This document shows, one piece after another, positions 25,386 through 38,245 of a DNA stretch of 64,000 nt (positions are counted from its first letter, which is position 1; each line of letters begins with the position of its first letter). Under the pieces are notes generated by a model, which ran no database searches, was not told the origin of the DNA, and was given only the letters and a program-made list of their open reading frames with translations. The stretch covers positions 1-64,000 of the forward strand of contig JAUGWO010000020.1 in assembly GCA_049724395.1 (NCBI GenBank), given 5' to 3'. The translations under genes were made by a program, and so were the position numbers. The stretch is from Spongospora subterranea f. sp. subterranea (Eukaryota).

Positions 25386-25872
25386 ATGAGATCAGCTGCC
25401 GAACAGGAACAGGAAGTGCTACAGCAAAAGGTCAATGACGTTGCGAAAGTGCTTGACAGACTGTATATGCGCCCCCTTCAGAAGGTATCGTCTTCGGATA
25501 ATCGAATCATGGTGTCAGTCTTGAAAAATGTTTGCTGGACAGGAGGCGTTCAAATGCATGGCCAACTGCCTCGACAACGAGGCTTTAGAAGGCGCAGCAT
25601 TGGATAGGTGTTCCCGTCGATGTACCGAGCTTCTCGAGCGTGTCAAGCACGCTGTCGAACATGACATGAACGAGCTGCAGGAGCGGGTGTCCCGTGGCGT
25701 TCAACTCTGCAATGACCAAGCAACCGACATGCTTGGGGAGCGATCCGAACCGGATCCAGCCATGCGCGAACGGGCAGAGAAATTCGCCGATGAATGTGCC
25801 GCTAAATCCCTGAAATCCCACACCTCATTCATCAGCGCCATTCAGCAGCGCGTCTCTCGTATTGTTGAATAA
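25386..25872 (+). CDS. FAM136A: FAM136A (DUF842) family protein; intron 25485-25542
   Basis: LDRLYMRPLQK|EAFKCMANCLD..CSRRC..MNELQERVSRGVQLCND, the twin Cx3C pattern of the family. Confidence 0.9.
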
Positions 25873-26101
25873 ATTTCTCTACGATCTAATGTGTTACGAC
25901 ACTGTGTTATGTTCTTATGTTAATGTCAGTGATTTTTATCAGAAATAGCTTCGCCGACGTTATGAACTGCCGATAATAATTCTGTTAATGTATGATTAGA
26001 GGCCGCGCCCACTGAAACAGCATTGCATTGTTTCCGTTTCCTGTTGCTCTCCCCTTTTCATTATTAAAGCAAGTAGATACTGATCGGATCTATCGTGGAG
26101 T

Positions 26102-27780
26102 GATGATTGTAAAATGGGACCTGCTACGTCCATATCTGGAAGGGGATCTCTTGCCCTTCCTGGTTGTCGCCGCACTCACGTTCGTTTCGTGGGTCTCCTG
26201 GAATCAATTTCGCTCTTCGCGGTCCAGATATAACAAGATATTGGGTGAAGATGTCAGCCTAACGAGTTCAGATGATCCTGAAAGATGGCTATGCAGGACT
26301 CTGTTTCGCCTTCCCGGCAATATACAAACAGGTGAACTTCCCGTTGAAGCGTATCAGTTGATCTCAACCGTAAATCCGATCGGAAAAGACTGGATATTTG
26401 GGAAAAATATGTAAATCTGGGGAATGCGGCTGGCTTCCGCAATCCGCATTGGAAATCGTGGACACTAAAACTTCAGCCGACCTCGATCGTCAGCGTTTAA
26501 AGGTCCTGTTCAGCGATAATCATTTGCCTACGATGAGGGCGCCGACTCCGATTTCTCATGGTATCATCTGGTGTATCGTCGTATTCAACCCTGATCACAA
26601 GATTAGGATGCGTCCATCATTGGGGAGCGCTAAAGATTTTATCGCAATCGCAGAGCTATATCCTGGAAGGAAAACTATTGCTATCGGCGGGCCTATTCCA
26701 GTTGTCATCAAACAGGAATCGTCTCAGCGTCCTGATGCGGACGATTTAGCTTCTTTTCTCTCGTACGTTAATGCTCAATTACATCCTCAGCGCTTGATTG
26801 TTGTCATCGATGGTGATCCCAGTCCTTATGCAGCCATCTCAGGTACATTTCCGAATTGTTGAATGCCCTACTGCAATAACTTCATCTTTTCCATTCTAGG
26901 ATCTTGGAATGGAGAGGATCGTGCAAACTGGGTTTCTTTAGAAACAGCCTCTAATCATTTACAGAGAGCAAATCTGCGAACGCCGATAGCAGTTTTAGCT
27001 CTGATTCAGCCGAGCAAAGCAACATTAGCAACTGTACATACACTATTTCAGTGCTGCTCACTCCTGGTAACTGCTCACAAAGTAACCCAAGAATCGTGTT
27101 TAGCAGTTTTGAATCAACTTGTTCTTGTACTTCTTGCCAGGCCAGATGCCGATGTTTTAAGCATTTCATCATGCTTTCGTACTTGTGGGACAGTGTCAGT
27201 TTACCGATGCTCGCAATACCCTACTGTTGCGATACTTTTACGATCGTTCTGCAGTATTGTGTTAAGCTGCTTATCGTTCACTGATAAGACTCAGTGCCGA
27301 AGAATATCACAATTGCTGCGACCGTACTGTCATAATTCCGAAGCTTCTGGAGCACTCGTTGATGCGTTGGTAGACGTCGTGGGATTTTGCGCCTCTTCTG
27401 CATCTGCGTTATCGGAAGTATCGGTTTTACAAGTCCTAAACGAAAAAATCCAAACTGCAGTTGCTGATCTGATAATCAGTAATCATCGAGACCGCTGGTC
27501 TGGTACATTTTTCTCCGGATTATCAATGCATTATCCAATTCAGGCACTCTGCAGAGCTTCAGAAATCATGTCAAGGGCAGACACATATATCGATGAATTG
27601 CCACGGTATTACTCGTATTACGACATCCTCCCAGGATTACATCAGAGAATAATTGACAGGGAAAAAATTCTAAAACAAAGCGAGCAAAAGCCAAAACAGA
27701 CTCAGGAGTCAATCCAGATAATGGCTTTGAAAGCGTGGGAGCAGAGAAGGAACATCGCGATCGCGACGAGTTTGGTATAG
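26102..27780 (+). CDS. Membrane-anchored SH3-domain protein; apparent +1 frameshift near 26400 and an intron at about 26843-26900
   Basis: TM segment LLPFLVVAALTFVSW; SH3-like CRTLF..GELPVEAYQLI..DWIFG/KICKSGECGWLPQSALEIV spans two frames. Confidence 0.55.
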
Positions 27781-27802
27781 ATTTTAATAAATATTATGTG
27801 TG

Positions 27803-29463
27803 TCAAGTTATGAAATCGGACTTAACACCGCTTCGATTATATATGTAATAGACTAATATAGGGATGGACAAGCAGCGTGAAAGCATTAAACTAGCGAGCT
27901 CAGTTGTGCAAACATTGAGAACTTGGCTAAACTCCACCGATATGGCCGACCCTCGACCTATCGTGACAGTAAACTGAATTTCGGGTTCCCCCGCCTTCCT
28001 GGCCAGCATTGTCAGGGAATATTCCGATGATGATGCGGATAGAATCTTAAGGTGGATTTCGGGTGACGCAGGCTGGCGCATATCATCGTCAGCGTTGTTG
28101 TGACAGCATGATTCGAACAACGTATTGAACATGGCCTGTTGTTGCAGAAATGGAATAACTCCGGTCAACGAATCTGTTAAATCTCCTTGAAGACATAGAT
28201 TTGAAACTAAAACGCCGCGCTCGTAGAGAACATCCGGCGAAACCATGCACGAAAACGTCGAGTTCAGAGCAGAGAAAGAAAATGTTTTTGACAATCGAGC
28301 AGAATCTTCGGGAACAGGAGAAGTATTGTGCTGAACTAGCAATTGAGCGAATGAACATGGATCTGGTTTAGGTTCCGACGTATTGGGACAACCGTATGAA
28401 GCAGCAGCAGTGGTCCAAGACATGGATATCGGCGGGATTAGCTCGAGATAATAGTGCGACGGTTTGGATTCCTGCCCGACTGAAGCTGATACCAACACAA
28501 TCTTATATTCGGGCGACGAATGCGCCGGATTGACTAAATCGTAGGGAACGGTCATGTATGTGGCACATGGGCCTTCGAACAGATCAATCGTCCCTCCCGG
28601 CACCATCTGCTCAAATACTTGTCTCGCCCGGTCCCGAATATTGTGCAAATCGGTATCGGGGTTGGTGTTGATCACCGACTCCATTCGGATCACCCGCGAC
28701 AGCTTCTCTTTGAACTCGTCGAACTTCATGTTTTCAAGTAAGTGACGAATATCGTTATCGACACTTTCACTGGCCCATTCGACTTCCCCAAATTGAAACG
28801 TCGTACCGATCGAGTCCACAACGAACTGTGGTGACTTTGACATCATCGAAAGTGCGATTTCTATAGCGGTTCAGTAAAACTCGAAAGCGTATGGAAAAAG
28901 TGGAGTACCTAATGCAAAACAAGCTGATTCCCCTTCGGAACCAATGATTATCGTGCAATTACGAGAACTATCCGATAATGGATTTGACAAATCGGCTATA
29001 CGCCGTTTCTGTTGTGTAATCTCGGTGTCGCATGATAATCCGCCCACTTCCTGGCATATTCTCTGTATCGCCTGGATAGTTTCGTACAATTGTCCATATC
29101 CTTCACGACGAGCGTTATCGATCTCACGTTGGTTCGTCAGCAGCTTCACCGACTCGTCAATGGTTTGGTTCAGCGACTGCAGCTGATGTGAAAACTACCG
29201 CAACATTCTGAGCACGAAATTATCGAAACTAATCGGAAACAATCAACCTTGAATTTCTCTGAGCTTAGACGTGAAACGGTGGATTTATTCGTCAGAATCT
29301 GATTAAGTTGTGCCATGAGGGAACGAGCCTGATCCAATTTGATAGAAAGAATGGAGCCCTGGACGGTCAGAGGATGCTGTACAGCTGGATCCTCCAGAAA
29401 CATAAGCTCGGCGATCGACCGTAATCGGTTGACACATTCTATGGCGGTAATATTGCCGTCCAT
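27803..29463 (-). CDS. MED1: Mediator subunit MED1-like, about 3 exons
   Basis: YYLELIPPISMS, VIPFLQQQAMFNTLFESC and MLSRCLSIPIL resemble conserved Med1 blocks (Q.AYNTLIGSC; QRCMSIPV). Confidence 0.65.
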
Positions 29464-29670
29464 CCGTTCTGATACTGAATTTCACGAACCACTATCTCCG
29501 CGGCCAGGTCGACACTCTGTTATTGCTATTGGGAGATACATATGAGCGGCGCCATCTCACCGAACGTCGTTCGGATTTAAGTCGAAGTTTAGACCATGCC
29601 ATTGACTACCGAAATATCGATTTGGATTGGATGGTTGAATTGGTATTATCGAGTGTATTGATTGCAATTT

Positions 29671-30615
29671 TTACTGTTGTTTCTCCCGCTTCTTTTGATA
29701 TGACTTGACATAAAAGTTGGCAAATAGGAATAACATTGTAAGCATATCTGTCGGTTAGGTTAAAATGCCAAGGCCTGAATGGAGTAAACCTGCTTAACGA
29801 TAACGTACATGCAAATAAAAGCATCGCCATTTGCTTGGGATACTCCGATGGAACAAGGCAATCATATGTGGCCTGACCCAACATGATCACGAACTGGGAT
29901 AATTGTATACGGGTTATATATGGGCGATAGAACTCCTAAGGTGTTGTTCAATGATCGTCGTGACACGATACTGTATTTTGGATGGCCATTACCGGTTTTC
30001 GCCATGTGATCGGCTTAGCTGGAGTGGATACAGAGCTCCATAGATAATATCCATACATGACGACATGAACTGCAGAGTTGAGCGCGCAGGTGAAGTACGA
30101 TTCGCCACCTGGATGATATTTTGCGATAATCCACCAGATTGAGAATATACTGGCGTGGTGATAAACGTGAAGGAAAGTGATCTGACGGAAGCGATGGCGA
30201 AGGGCCATGATGGCGGTGTCACCAAATTCCATAGCCTTCGATATGAAAAACAGCCATATGACGGAGGCCATTCCCAGCCCAGATGGCGAATGGTCAACTG
30301 CATTTCCTGAACAGGGTGTTGACGTTGTGATGGAGAAATTAACCATGATGGGCCATTACCAAATAATGAATATCGCGCTTTAACCGCCTGATATAAAACA
30401 TTGATGCACATATAGAGCGATAGAGCGAACATTGTAATATTGTGGAAAACCGTATAGGGCTTGATATTATACCCCTTACCGCGATAGGTTACCCATGCCA
30501 TTAACATGGGGATTCCCACCATATAACACAGAAGGGCAGCGAATGCGTGTTTGGCGTCAACCAAAGGCCAGCCATCAGTTAATGGAGATGGATTCCAAGA
30601 CCAAAGATCATCCAT
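29671..30615 (-). CDS. ELO/GNS1/SUR4 fatty-acid elongase (PUFA-elongase-like), 4 exons
   Basis: SKAMEFGDT, FLHVYHH, NSAVHVVMYGYY, LFANFY, C-terminal KKREKQQ*. Confidence 0.93.
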
Positions 30616-31199
30616 GATGAAATGCGGCTACTCACAGATTGCGTCCTGAAATGGTACAGTAGCGGCGGCCAGTGGGTTACGGCGCGAACTTGAAGTGCGC
30701 ACCGGTCCGCCACTGGGCGCTGGCCGTCAACCACGGCGACAGCAACACTGGCCGAGTCGCAGCTTCCAGTCATCGACAGTGGCGTCAGGGCGATGCCAGT
30801 GGTGATCCACTTTTAGGCCCTCGTGCATACAGTGTACACTAGCTGTGCCATCAATAACAAGGAGCTCTGCCCTAATCTAATGAAACGGGGTTTTTGGTAA
30901 AATTGCGAAACCATTTCTGGAATTTGACAATTCGCAATTGAGTTGACGAGCCAGAACACCCCGTCAGCTGAGTTAAATGCGACAATAAAATCTTTTTCCG
31001 CAGCCTGCCAATATTACTATCGTCGAAACGGCCCAAAAAAGACTCAGATATTTTTTTCGACCTTAGCGGCTCAAAGCAGTTGTTGTTGACAAACCGAACA
31101 GGATGATGGCTCCATGAAACTGGTTTATTTCAATTTTTGATGGCAAAGGTCATTCAACGAGCGACTAATTTGACCATTCATTTTATGGATGAACCATTT

Positions 31200-33760
31200 T
31201 CAGTATTCGACAAATTTTTGAAGGACCTGCTTGGCTTCGTCAACCTGCGTAAAAAAGTACTCCAACCGTTGATATCCGAGAATGCGATGCATTTCCAAAT
31301 TAATAATTTCGGAAACATCCTTTTCCGCCTTCATCGGCTCTTCGTCATCGGCGGTAACCAGGCGCTCTTCCAACGAAGCTGACGAGTCTGAACAGTCGGC
31401 CGAACTAGCACTATATCGATGCAACTTGAGCATCTCCTGAAGCAAAGTTCTATCCTAAAGGTTCGGTTGGATTTGTAGAGCGCGTACCGGTTGAATGTAC
31501 CACACCCAGTGGTCGCAGGCAATTCATGCCATCATCATCATGTTCGGATAGAGTCAACAACAACTGCTTTGAGCCGTTAAGGGCAAACAGAAATTCTGAG
31601 TCTTTTTTGGCCGTTTAGACGATGAAAATTTGGCTGCTTGCGCGCCAGTGATTTTATGGGCAAGGATTTGATGGCCACATTCGACTCAGCTGACGGTGTG
31701 TTTTGGATTGACACCATGTCATTATTGTTAAACTTCCCGAAGTAAGACCTGTCGAAACTCTTGAATGAATCGAAATTATTACCCAATTGACAAGTACCAC
31801 TATTATTCGAGACGTGTGGCACAATTAACGCTTGCAGAGTTGGGGCTACACATCAGAACTAACGGCAGACGCAGATGGAACGGATTACGGCGAGCTGCCA
31901 GGCGAGAGAGATTTGGTTCGCTGCTGAAAGCGATCCTTGCCTGTTGACGTGACGAGCTGGGGCAAGAACTGCAGTCGACGTCGACACTTCTGTTGAACCT
32001 CGACTGTCTCCGAGTAGGTTGATATACAACTGGTGATTTTCAAATCGCCACCTCGACGGCGCAAACGGCTGAGCAAGGGATAAGAGTATATGCGAAAGTA
32101 TTGCAGTCACATCTGGCGAAGCTATTATAGTTATGAGTATCATGCATGTGCAAAGTGTGTGTCAAACCATCGCCTTCATGTTTGGCCAGACGGCATCCGA
32201 GTCCTTGTTTAAAAGTTCTGCGCGGTACCTATTGACCATGTCTGCTTGTTGACCCCATTTGCGTTTGAAATAATCACTCAACTGTCTGCGCTGAGTGATC
32301 AGCGACCTGATAACGACAAAAGTATGAATTTATTGTCGATCCACTATGGCGACCAGGTGCTGGACGAGCTTCAACAAATTGAACTTCTTTAGGTTCAAAG
32401 ATAAAAAAATGCTTTACAGTCCTCGATGAAGAGATTGCGAAGGTCGTGCGGCATCCCCTGCGCTTGCAGTGAAAACGTTGCAAGCACAGTACATGTTGAA
32501 GCTGTAACGATTCTGATGCGTTTGCAAACGCTGAGCGCCATCTGTCATAAAAAACGGAGTCTGGACGATTCAGGCCAAATAGCTTCATACAGTGTTGCGC
32601 AAAATTAGGGTTTGCGATATAGAAAACGTTTAAATATCGTTTTTTTCGTTTGTATTTTACATTTCGAACCTTTTTTTACTGCGTTTTTACTGATTGGACA
32701 TGGTGTTTTTTTACTGTTATACACGTTGTTAGAGTCGCCGGCGTTCGACTCTAGAACTGCGCCAACGAACTTTTCCAGATTCTGATACCTGGACGATCCT
32801 TTTTTGGAGAAAGCTTTCCTGATTTAGTTCAGGCAACGGACGACGGTCAGGACCTGGAATTGGTTCCAATGCCTGGGAAGTTTCGCTGATGTACCACACC
32901 AGGCTTGCGATCGCGATGCATAAGCTGGCCGTCCCATGGCGACTGTGAACTTAAATGGTCGACACAACCCCTAGTTGGCGAGTTCTTAGTTTTTACGGAG
33001 ACTGTGATTCCGTTGCGACTTCCGCCTGAAATCGATGGCGTCACAATGGTTGAATTTTAAAGGCAATTGACAGAAATGGAGCGTTTTCAAATGTTTACTT
33101 TCTGCCGTCCCTTTGTGGAGTGCAGGTAAAACTTTCCCAGATATCCCTAAAGTTGCTTTTGCAATGTTTCAGAGCGCGTTTGAACGAGTAAAAACGGTTT
33201 TCCGCAACACTGCTTCATGCCATCCACATCGCACGGCTATTTTCGCAGTTCACGAACACAATTCCGGTCATCACAGCTCTCCAAATACTGTCGACATTTG
33301 ACATGATGATCAGCATCAAATCATATGCAGACACGCCGTCGCATATTGAGGTTTGAATATGTGTTGCAATATGGCACCATAGAGCGTTTCTGCAGGAAAA
33401 ATCCTGTTCAACTTCATATTCAAACACTCCTCCATATCTGCAAATTGATGTCCGAATCGCATCAGGGTGTTAATCGTCTGGGTCAGGCCACAAAAAGCTG
33501 AACTCGGCCGTTGGTCACCATCCTTTGAATTGAAGAGGGAGCAAAGTGTCGCGTATGTAAATGCTGCGGTAAGGTTTGACGAATCTGAAACATTGCATAA
33601 GCAACTTAAGGGATGTCTGGGAAAGTTTTACCTGCACTCCGTGAAGGGACTGCAGAAAATAAACTTTTGAAGACGGGAGCGTTTCTGTCAATTGCCTTTC
33701 AAATTCAACCATGGTGATGCCATCGATTTCAGGCGGAACTCGAGATGGTTGCAATTGAAC
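31200..33760 (-). mobile_element. Decayed Mutator-like (MULE) transposase with SWIM finger; boundaries approximate
   Basis: YDLMLIIMSNVDS..VMTGIVFVNCENS (33215-33340); PDSVF/MTDG/SAFANASESLQLQHVLC (about 32480-32590, frameshifted); SWIM-like CDCNTFAYTLIPC (about 32070-32115). Confidence 0.6.
33020..33738. repeat. Inverted repeat; arms of about 154 bp at 33020-33173 and 33584-33738
   Basis: ttccgcctgaaatcgatggc...ggagtgcaggtaaaactttcccaga...gcaatgtttcaga is mirrored in the right arm with scattered substitutions. Confidence 0.95.
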
Positions 33761-33766
33761 CGACGA

Positions 33767-34019
33767 TCATTTATCTTGAAAACGTACTCTTCCTAAACTT
33801 GATCAAAAGTGAACTGAACAATGAATGTGCACTTAGGCGCCAGACTTCCAGGCCTGGAACCGTCACAATGAGAATGTGGCACATGGGTCTTACCTGCAGC
33901 GGCAGTAAAAATAGCCTCTTTGTGCACGTTCATTATTCCGTTCACTTTTGATCAAGTTCAGGAAGAGTACGTCTTCAAGATAAATGAATGAAAGGCAATT
34001 GACAGAAACGGAGCGTCTT
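33767..34019. repeat. Inverted repeat; arms 33767-33832 and 33922-33987, plus 33989-34019 complementary to 33670-33701
   Basis: tcatttatcttgaaaacgtactcttcctaaacttgatcaaaagtgaac pairs with gttcacttttgatcaagttcaggaagagtacgtcttcaagataaatga. Confidence 0.95.
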
Positions 34020-34366
34020 GAACTGTTGTGCAATATTGCCTGACTCTGATCCAGGTCTCAAACTCATCCAACCCCAGTTCCATAATCACGCTCTGATCAA
34101 GTCGGCAACGTTGCACACTTTTCCACTGTGTATTTCTAATAAAAGAACAATTCGTAGTGACGTGTGATTAGTAACGTTGAGACCCAGTGATGGTGTTACA
34201 CACCTTATATGTATCAAACATGGTAGGCGACACGCACTCGCTGTCAAGGGTTGAACCTGACTTGGCGCGGTGCCCACGATATTGTTCTGCTACAGTACCT
34301 GCTATCGTGTGATCAATTGTGATGAGTACAGGGTATATAGCGTTAATTGACCAATGTGCACTTCAT

Positions 34367-37300
34367 AACAATGTCGTCCACGGCCGGAAATGAGACGCCG
34401 GCGGGGTGCGATGATGCACCCACGCCTGGTGCTTCGCGAATGCCAAGGACTCGACCTACATTCAACAAGTTCGTCATGTATGAGACCACGATTGTAAGTC
34501 TGGGTGCATGTTTCCGTAGTGCCTTTGACCCAAGATCGAAATTAGCGATTTTATGTAATTGCTCATTGCCCAATGAGGTCTACATACCGTGTCATGAAAA
34601 TCGACCGAACAGATCCACCTAATTTGTCTATATCTGTTATTCCTAACGAGTTTACTCGCGATGAGGTATTTTTTTTATTTGATGCATAGTGTAGTTTGGA
34701 TAATGCGAATTCTTCAGGTGTATAAGCTTCTTGATATGCTAAATGCAGCGAATATTAACTCTGGCGGTTTACTGAAATGCGTCACAGCGTGCGCCATTTT
34801 AGGATTTATTCAGGTTTAGAACATCCGGTAGAACTCAATAATCTATTGTCTGATGCGTTGCCTAGACAGCTTATACAGGGGCATTATATCATGCTAGTTA
34901 CTGAAAGCAAGAAAGTTGGTCAGATTGGCCCACATTCCATATACACTATAACTAGTACCGCTCTCATACCTATCGCAAGTTCCTCGTCGCTGGAACAACA
35001 TGGAATAACCTCACAGGTTTCATATCTCTTGTATAGTGTCGGGCTGAATGGGGTCATGACGCTTTTACTTGTTTCAGGACCGTGTTAATGAGACACGATA
35101 TAAATCTCTGCTGTCCACGTTGGACGTTACCGAAAACTTTTATTTCAGCTATACTTATGATCTGACGAGGTCGCTACAATCGAATATGTCAGAGAGCGGT
35201 TGCCCGCCATGCACTGATTTCATATGGAATCATTACTTGATACAAAACGCCAGTGACATCGAGCCTGTATGTACGCCTCTCGTCCTTGAATGTATCGCTT
35301 ATTGATGAGTAGATATGGTTCGTAAATTTGATCCATGGATATTTCGAAGAGCGTCGATTGCTGTTTTCTGGAGGGAAGCCTCTGTCTTTATTCCTATTAT
35401 CTAGGAAGTGTACAAAATTTGCTGGAACACGTTATTTAAAACGGGGTCTCAGTGCGGAAGGATATTGCGCAAATGACGTAGAAACTGAGCAAATCTGCCA
35501 TGATAGAGATCAGGTACATTCCCGTTCATAGCTGCCTTTTTTAAACTAATTAGATGTTTTTGGTTCAGGTAGATGTCTATGACACTGGAGTCTACACCAG
35601 CTATTCTCAGTATCGTGCATCAATCCCCTTGTTCTGGACTCAGGTTTGCACCGCTTCTTCTTCGAGCTAAATTTTAATCTCAATTTTTCCGTGTAGGAAC
35701 CAAATGCTATGGTTGCCAGGCCCAACATCCTCATTCAGATAGCAGATCCTGTAACGTTCTTTCATTGGGTCAAAGACTTTTATCTCCAATCTCATTCCTG
35801 CTGTAGACAGCGCAAGCCATGCGGCTGCATTTTCAAAGAACTTTAGAAAGGCATGGAGCCCCATGCATTTGTCTGAATCTAATCCGATTGACCGAACCGG
35901 TATTGCATTGTTATTGCATGTATTTCGGGTTTTTCTCAACGTATACGCAGATAATACGTGAGACGCGGCTCGGTCTTCCATTTCGAGAAGGCGTTGAATA
36001 CCTGAATAAGTTTGCAGTGCCCAATCATCAAATTGAGCATATTGAATTCGATTTTAAAACAACCGCGAAAGACAGGTTTAACAACAATGAACTCATATTC
36101 CTGCGGCTGCATGTTGATATGTGCATTTTCAGGACGTTGAATGTTGCTGAAGAGCTTGGTCGTATTTCTGCTCATATTCTTAATAGGACTGCATTCTTCC
36201 ACAGCGGCTTATCGCAAACCCCTGGATTTAGGCAGAGTGGTATCTGTCGCTCAAATTGTATAGATAGCTTAGACAGGTGATTATATGTCAACCTTTGTGT
36301 GATAAACACATAGTTTAAATATAGGACAAATGCGGCCCAATATTGCATCGGGAAGGTTGCTCTCGGGCGGCAGGTATTGTAAATGCTTCCTGTGAAGTAA
36401 ATGTGCTGATGAGTTTAAATTCAGCTTTACTTTATGGGATTGTTATCTACGCGTTTTCTTCCCCAAGAAAGTCCTCTGGTCAAGCTGTTGCTTGATATGT
36501 ATGAGCGTATGGGCGATTGTCTCGCAATGCAGTACGGTGGATCTCAGATGCATCGGCAGATCAAAAGAGATAAGACCCAGATCGCCAATTCTTCAGTTCC
36601 AGTTCTTTATCGCTTAAGGCAAGTGGGCTGGTAGCTGCCCTCGTTAGTTTCTAAGATTTCGTCTTTCGATCGTTCAGAACACCGAATAAGCCCAAAGAAA
36701 TTCTGGTGTCTTTGTTGCGTCATTATCAGGTTTGTTGTATGAAGCGCTAGAAAGCGGACATTTTATAGAGACTCACAGAATAGTTTTCAAGATAAAGACA
36801 AGCAGGATGCCTACAATCTGTTTCTTGGCGTGTTTCGCCCACTATCCTCTAGTTGTTGCTTATGGGATATATCTTCAGATTTTTATCTCCATAATAGTAG
36901 ACGGTCGCTTTCTGAGCGACTTAAAGTCAGCCGACACTCCATTTGCTTTTCCGGTTGTTAACCTCTAACTATAGCTTGCCGACAATCCTGTTATCACTCC
37001 TTATAACTGGACCCAAGAGTTTGTGAACAGGTTCAACGCTAGAAGATGTGCTAGTGTGGACCCACCTATTCTTTGTTATTCTGGGCAAGCTGCATCCGGT
37101 CACTGTTTTGATTATCATACCCGTTTGAAGCACTGATTTACAAAACAGATTCATTCTTTTTTCATAAATACGATCTTGATTCGGTGACTCTGTTCGATGA
37201 AGAATTCGAGAGGCTTTCCTACGAATCCGTTTCCATCCAACCGTCCAAGGAGTTTTCACAGCAGGTATTGTTCATAGCTGGATTTATTCTGGGGTTAATT

Positions 37301-37840
37301 ATGCAGTGACCTTTTCAGAACACCCCTGGAGTGGTTGCTAGGATTTTAAGGAATCTTTATCCGAGGAATAACGATCTAGAAGAGAGCGAGCATTCTTCCA
37401 GGTCGGAAAATGATCATAAAGAGGACTGCCAGGTGAGTACTCGAGGGTACTAACCTAGCTCGTGCTCAATATTGTTGGTTCAGGCTGTTCATCCGTTACT
37501 GTTTGGTTCTTTTCCATACAACCGCGTGCTGTCTGACTCAATAACGGAGTCAGATCTCGCAATTACAGGGTTTCGTTTCTGCTACCCTTTCTGTCTTCAA
37601 ACGCATTCCCACATCTCGGAGTACTCTACTTTGTTTCGGTTGTTTCAACTCGTGCATACTAATATCGCGCTTGTAGCTACACATCCAGCGATGTGACATC
37701 CTCTGTTTACAACGCCGCGCTGTTAGATCTGCCTGGCGCTGCTATAATTACAGGGCTTGTCCTTCCTGATATCAATTCATATTGACTGTTCGACGCAAAG
37801 CCCCATCTTGAATTTTCTTCACATTTTCTTGCTAAATGAT
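34367..37840 (+). CDS. FIG4: SAC-domain polyphosphoinositide phosphatase FIG4, many exons; 3' end approximate
   Basis: FYFSYTYDLTRSLQ, FAGTRYLKRG, ANDVETEQI, catalytic RSNCIDSLDR|TNAAQ, AMQYGGS, FQDKDKQDAYNLFLG. Confidence 0.9.
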
Positions 37841-38245
37841 CAACAAAATAGAAAATATGCGTCTTCGTGATGCTGTATTTTCCTTCCAATTGTCACTGGT
37901 AAAACCAGTACTCGGTAACTCGGCGGTTTCGTCATTATGGGTCGTTTTAACTCATTCAACACCATCTAGCTGGGCTGACTGAAGAATATCTGGGGTCCTT
38001 GTCATGTTTGAACTCACAATGCCCCTTCGGTCTTGAATTGCTAAATATTGACGATGGTGTTTTGTCTGTCAGCATGGGTATTGCTCTTGAAATTAGCAAG
38101 GCAATGAGCACGAGAGAAGTGTGAAGTTAATGGATATATATATATATCAATTGATGAATCTTCGCATCATCGGCTGTGTAGGTATTACTCCTATGAATGG
38201 GACACGACCAAAGTTCAATCAAAATCGGTGTATCCATCCAATAAT

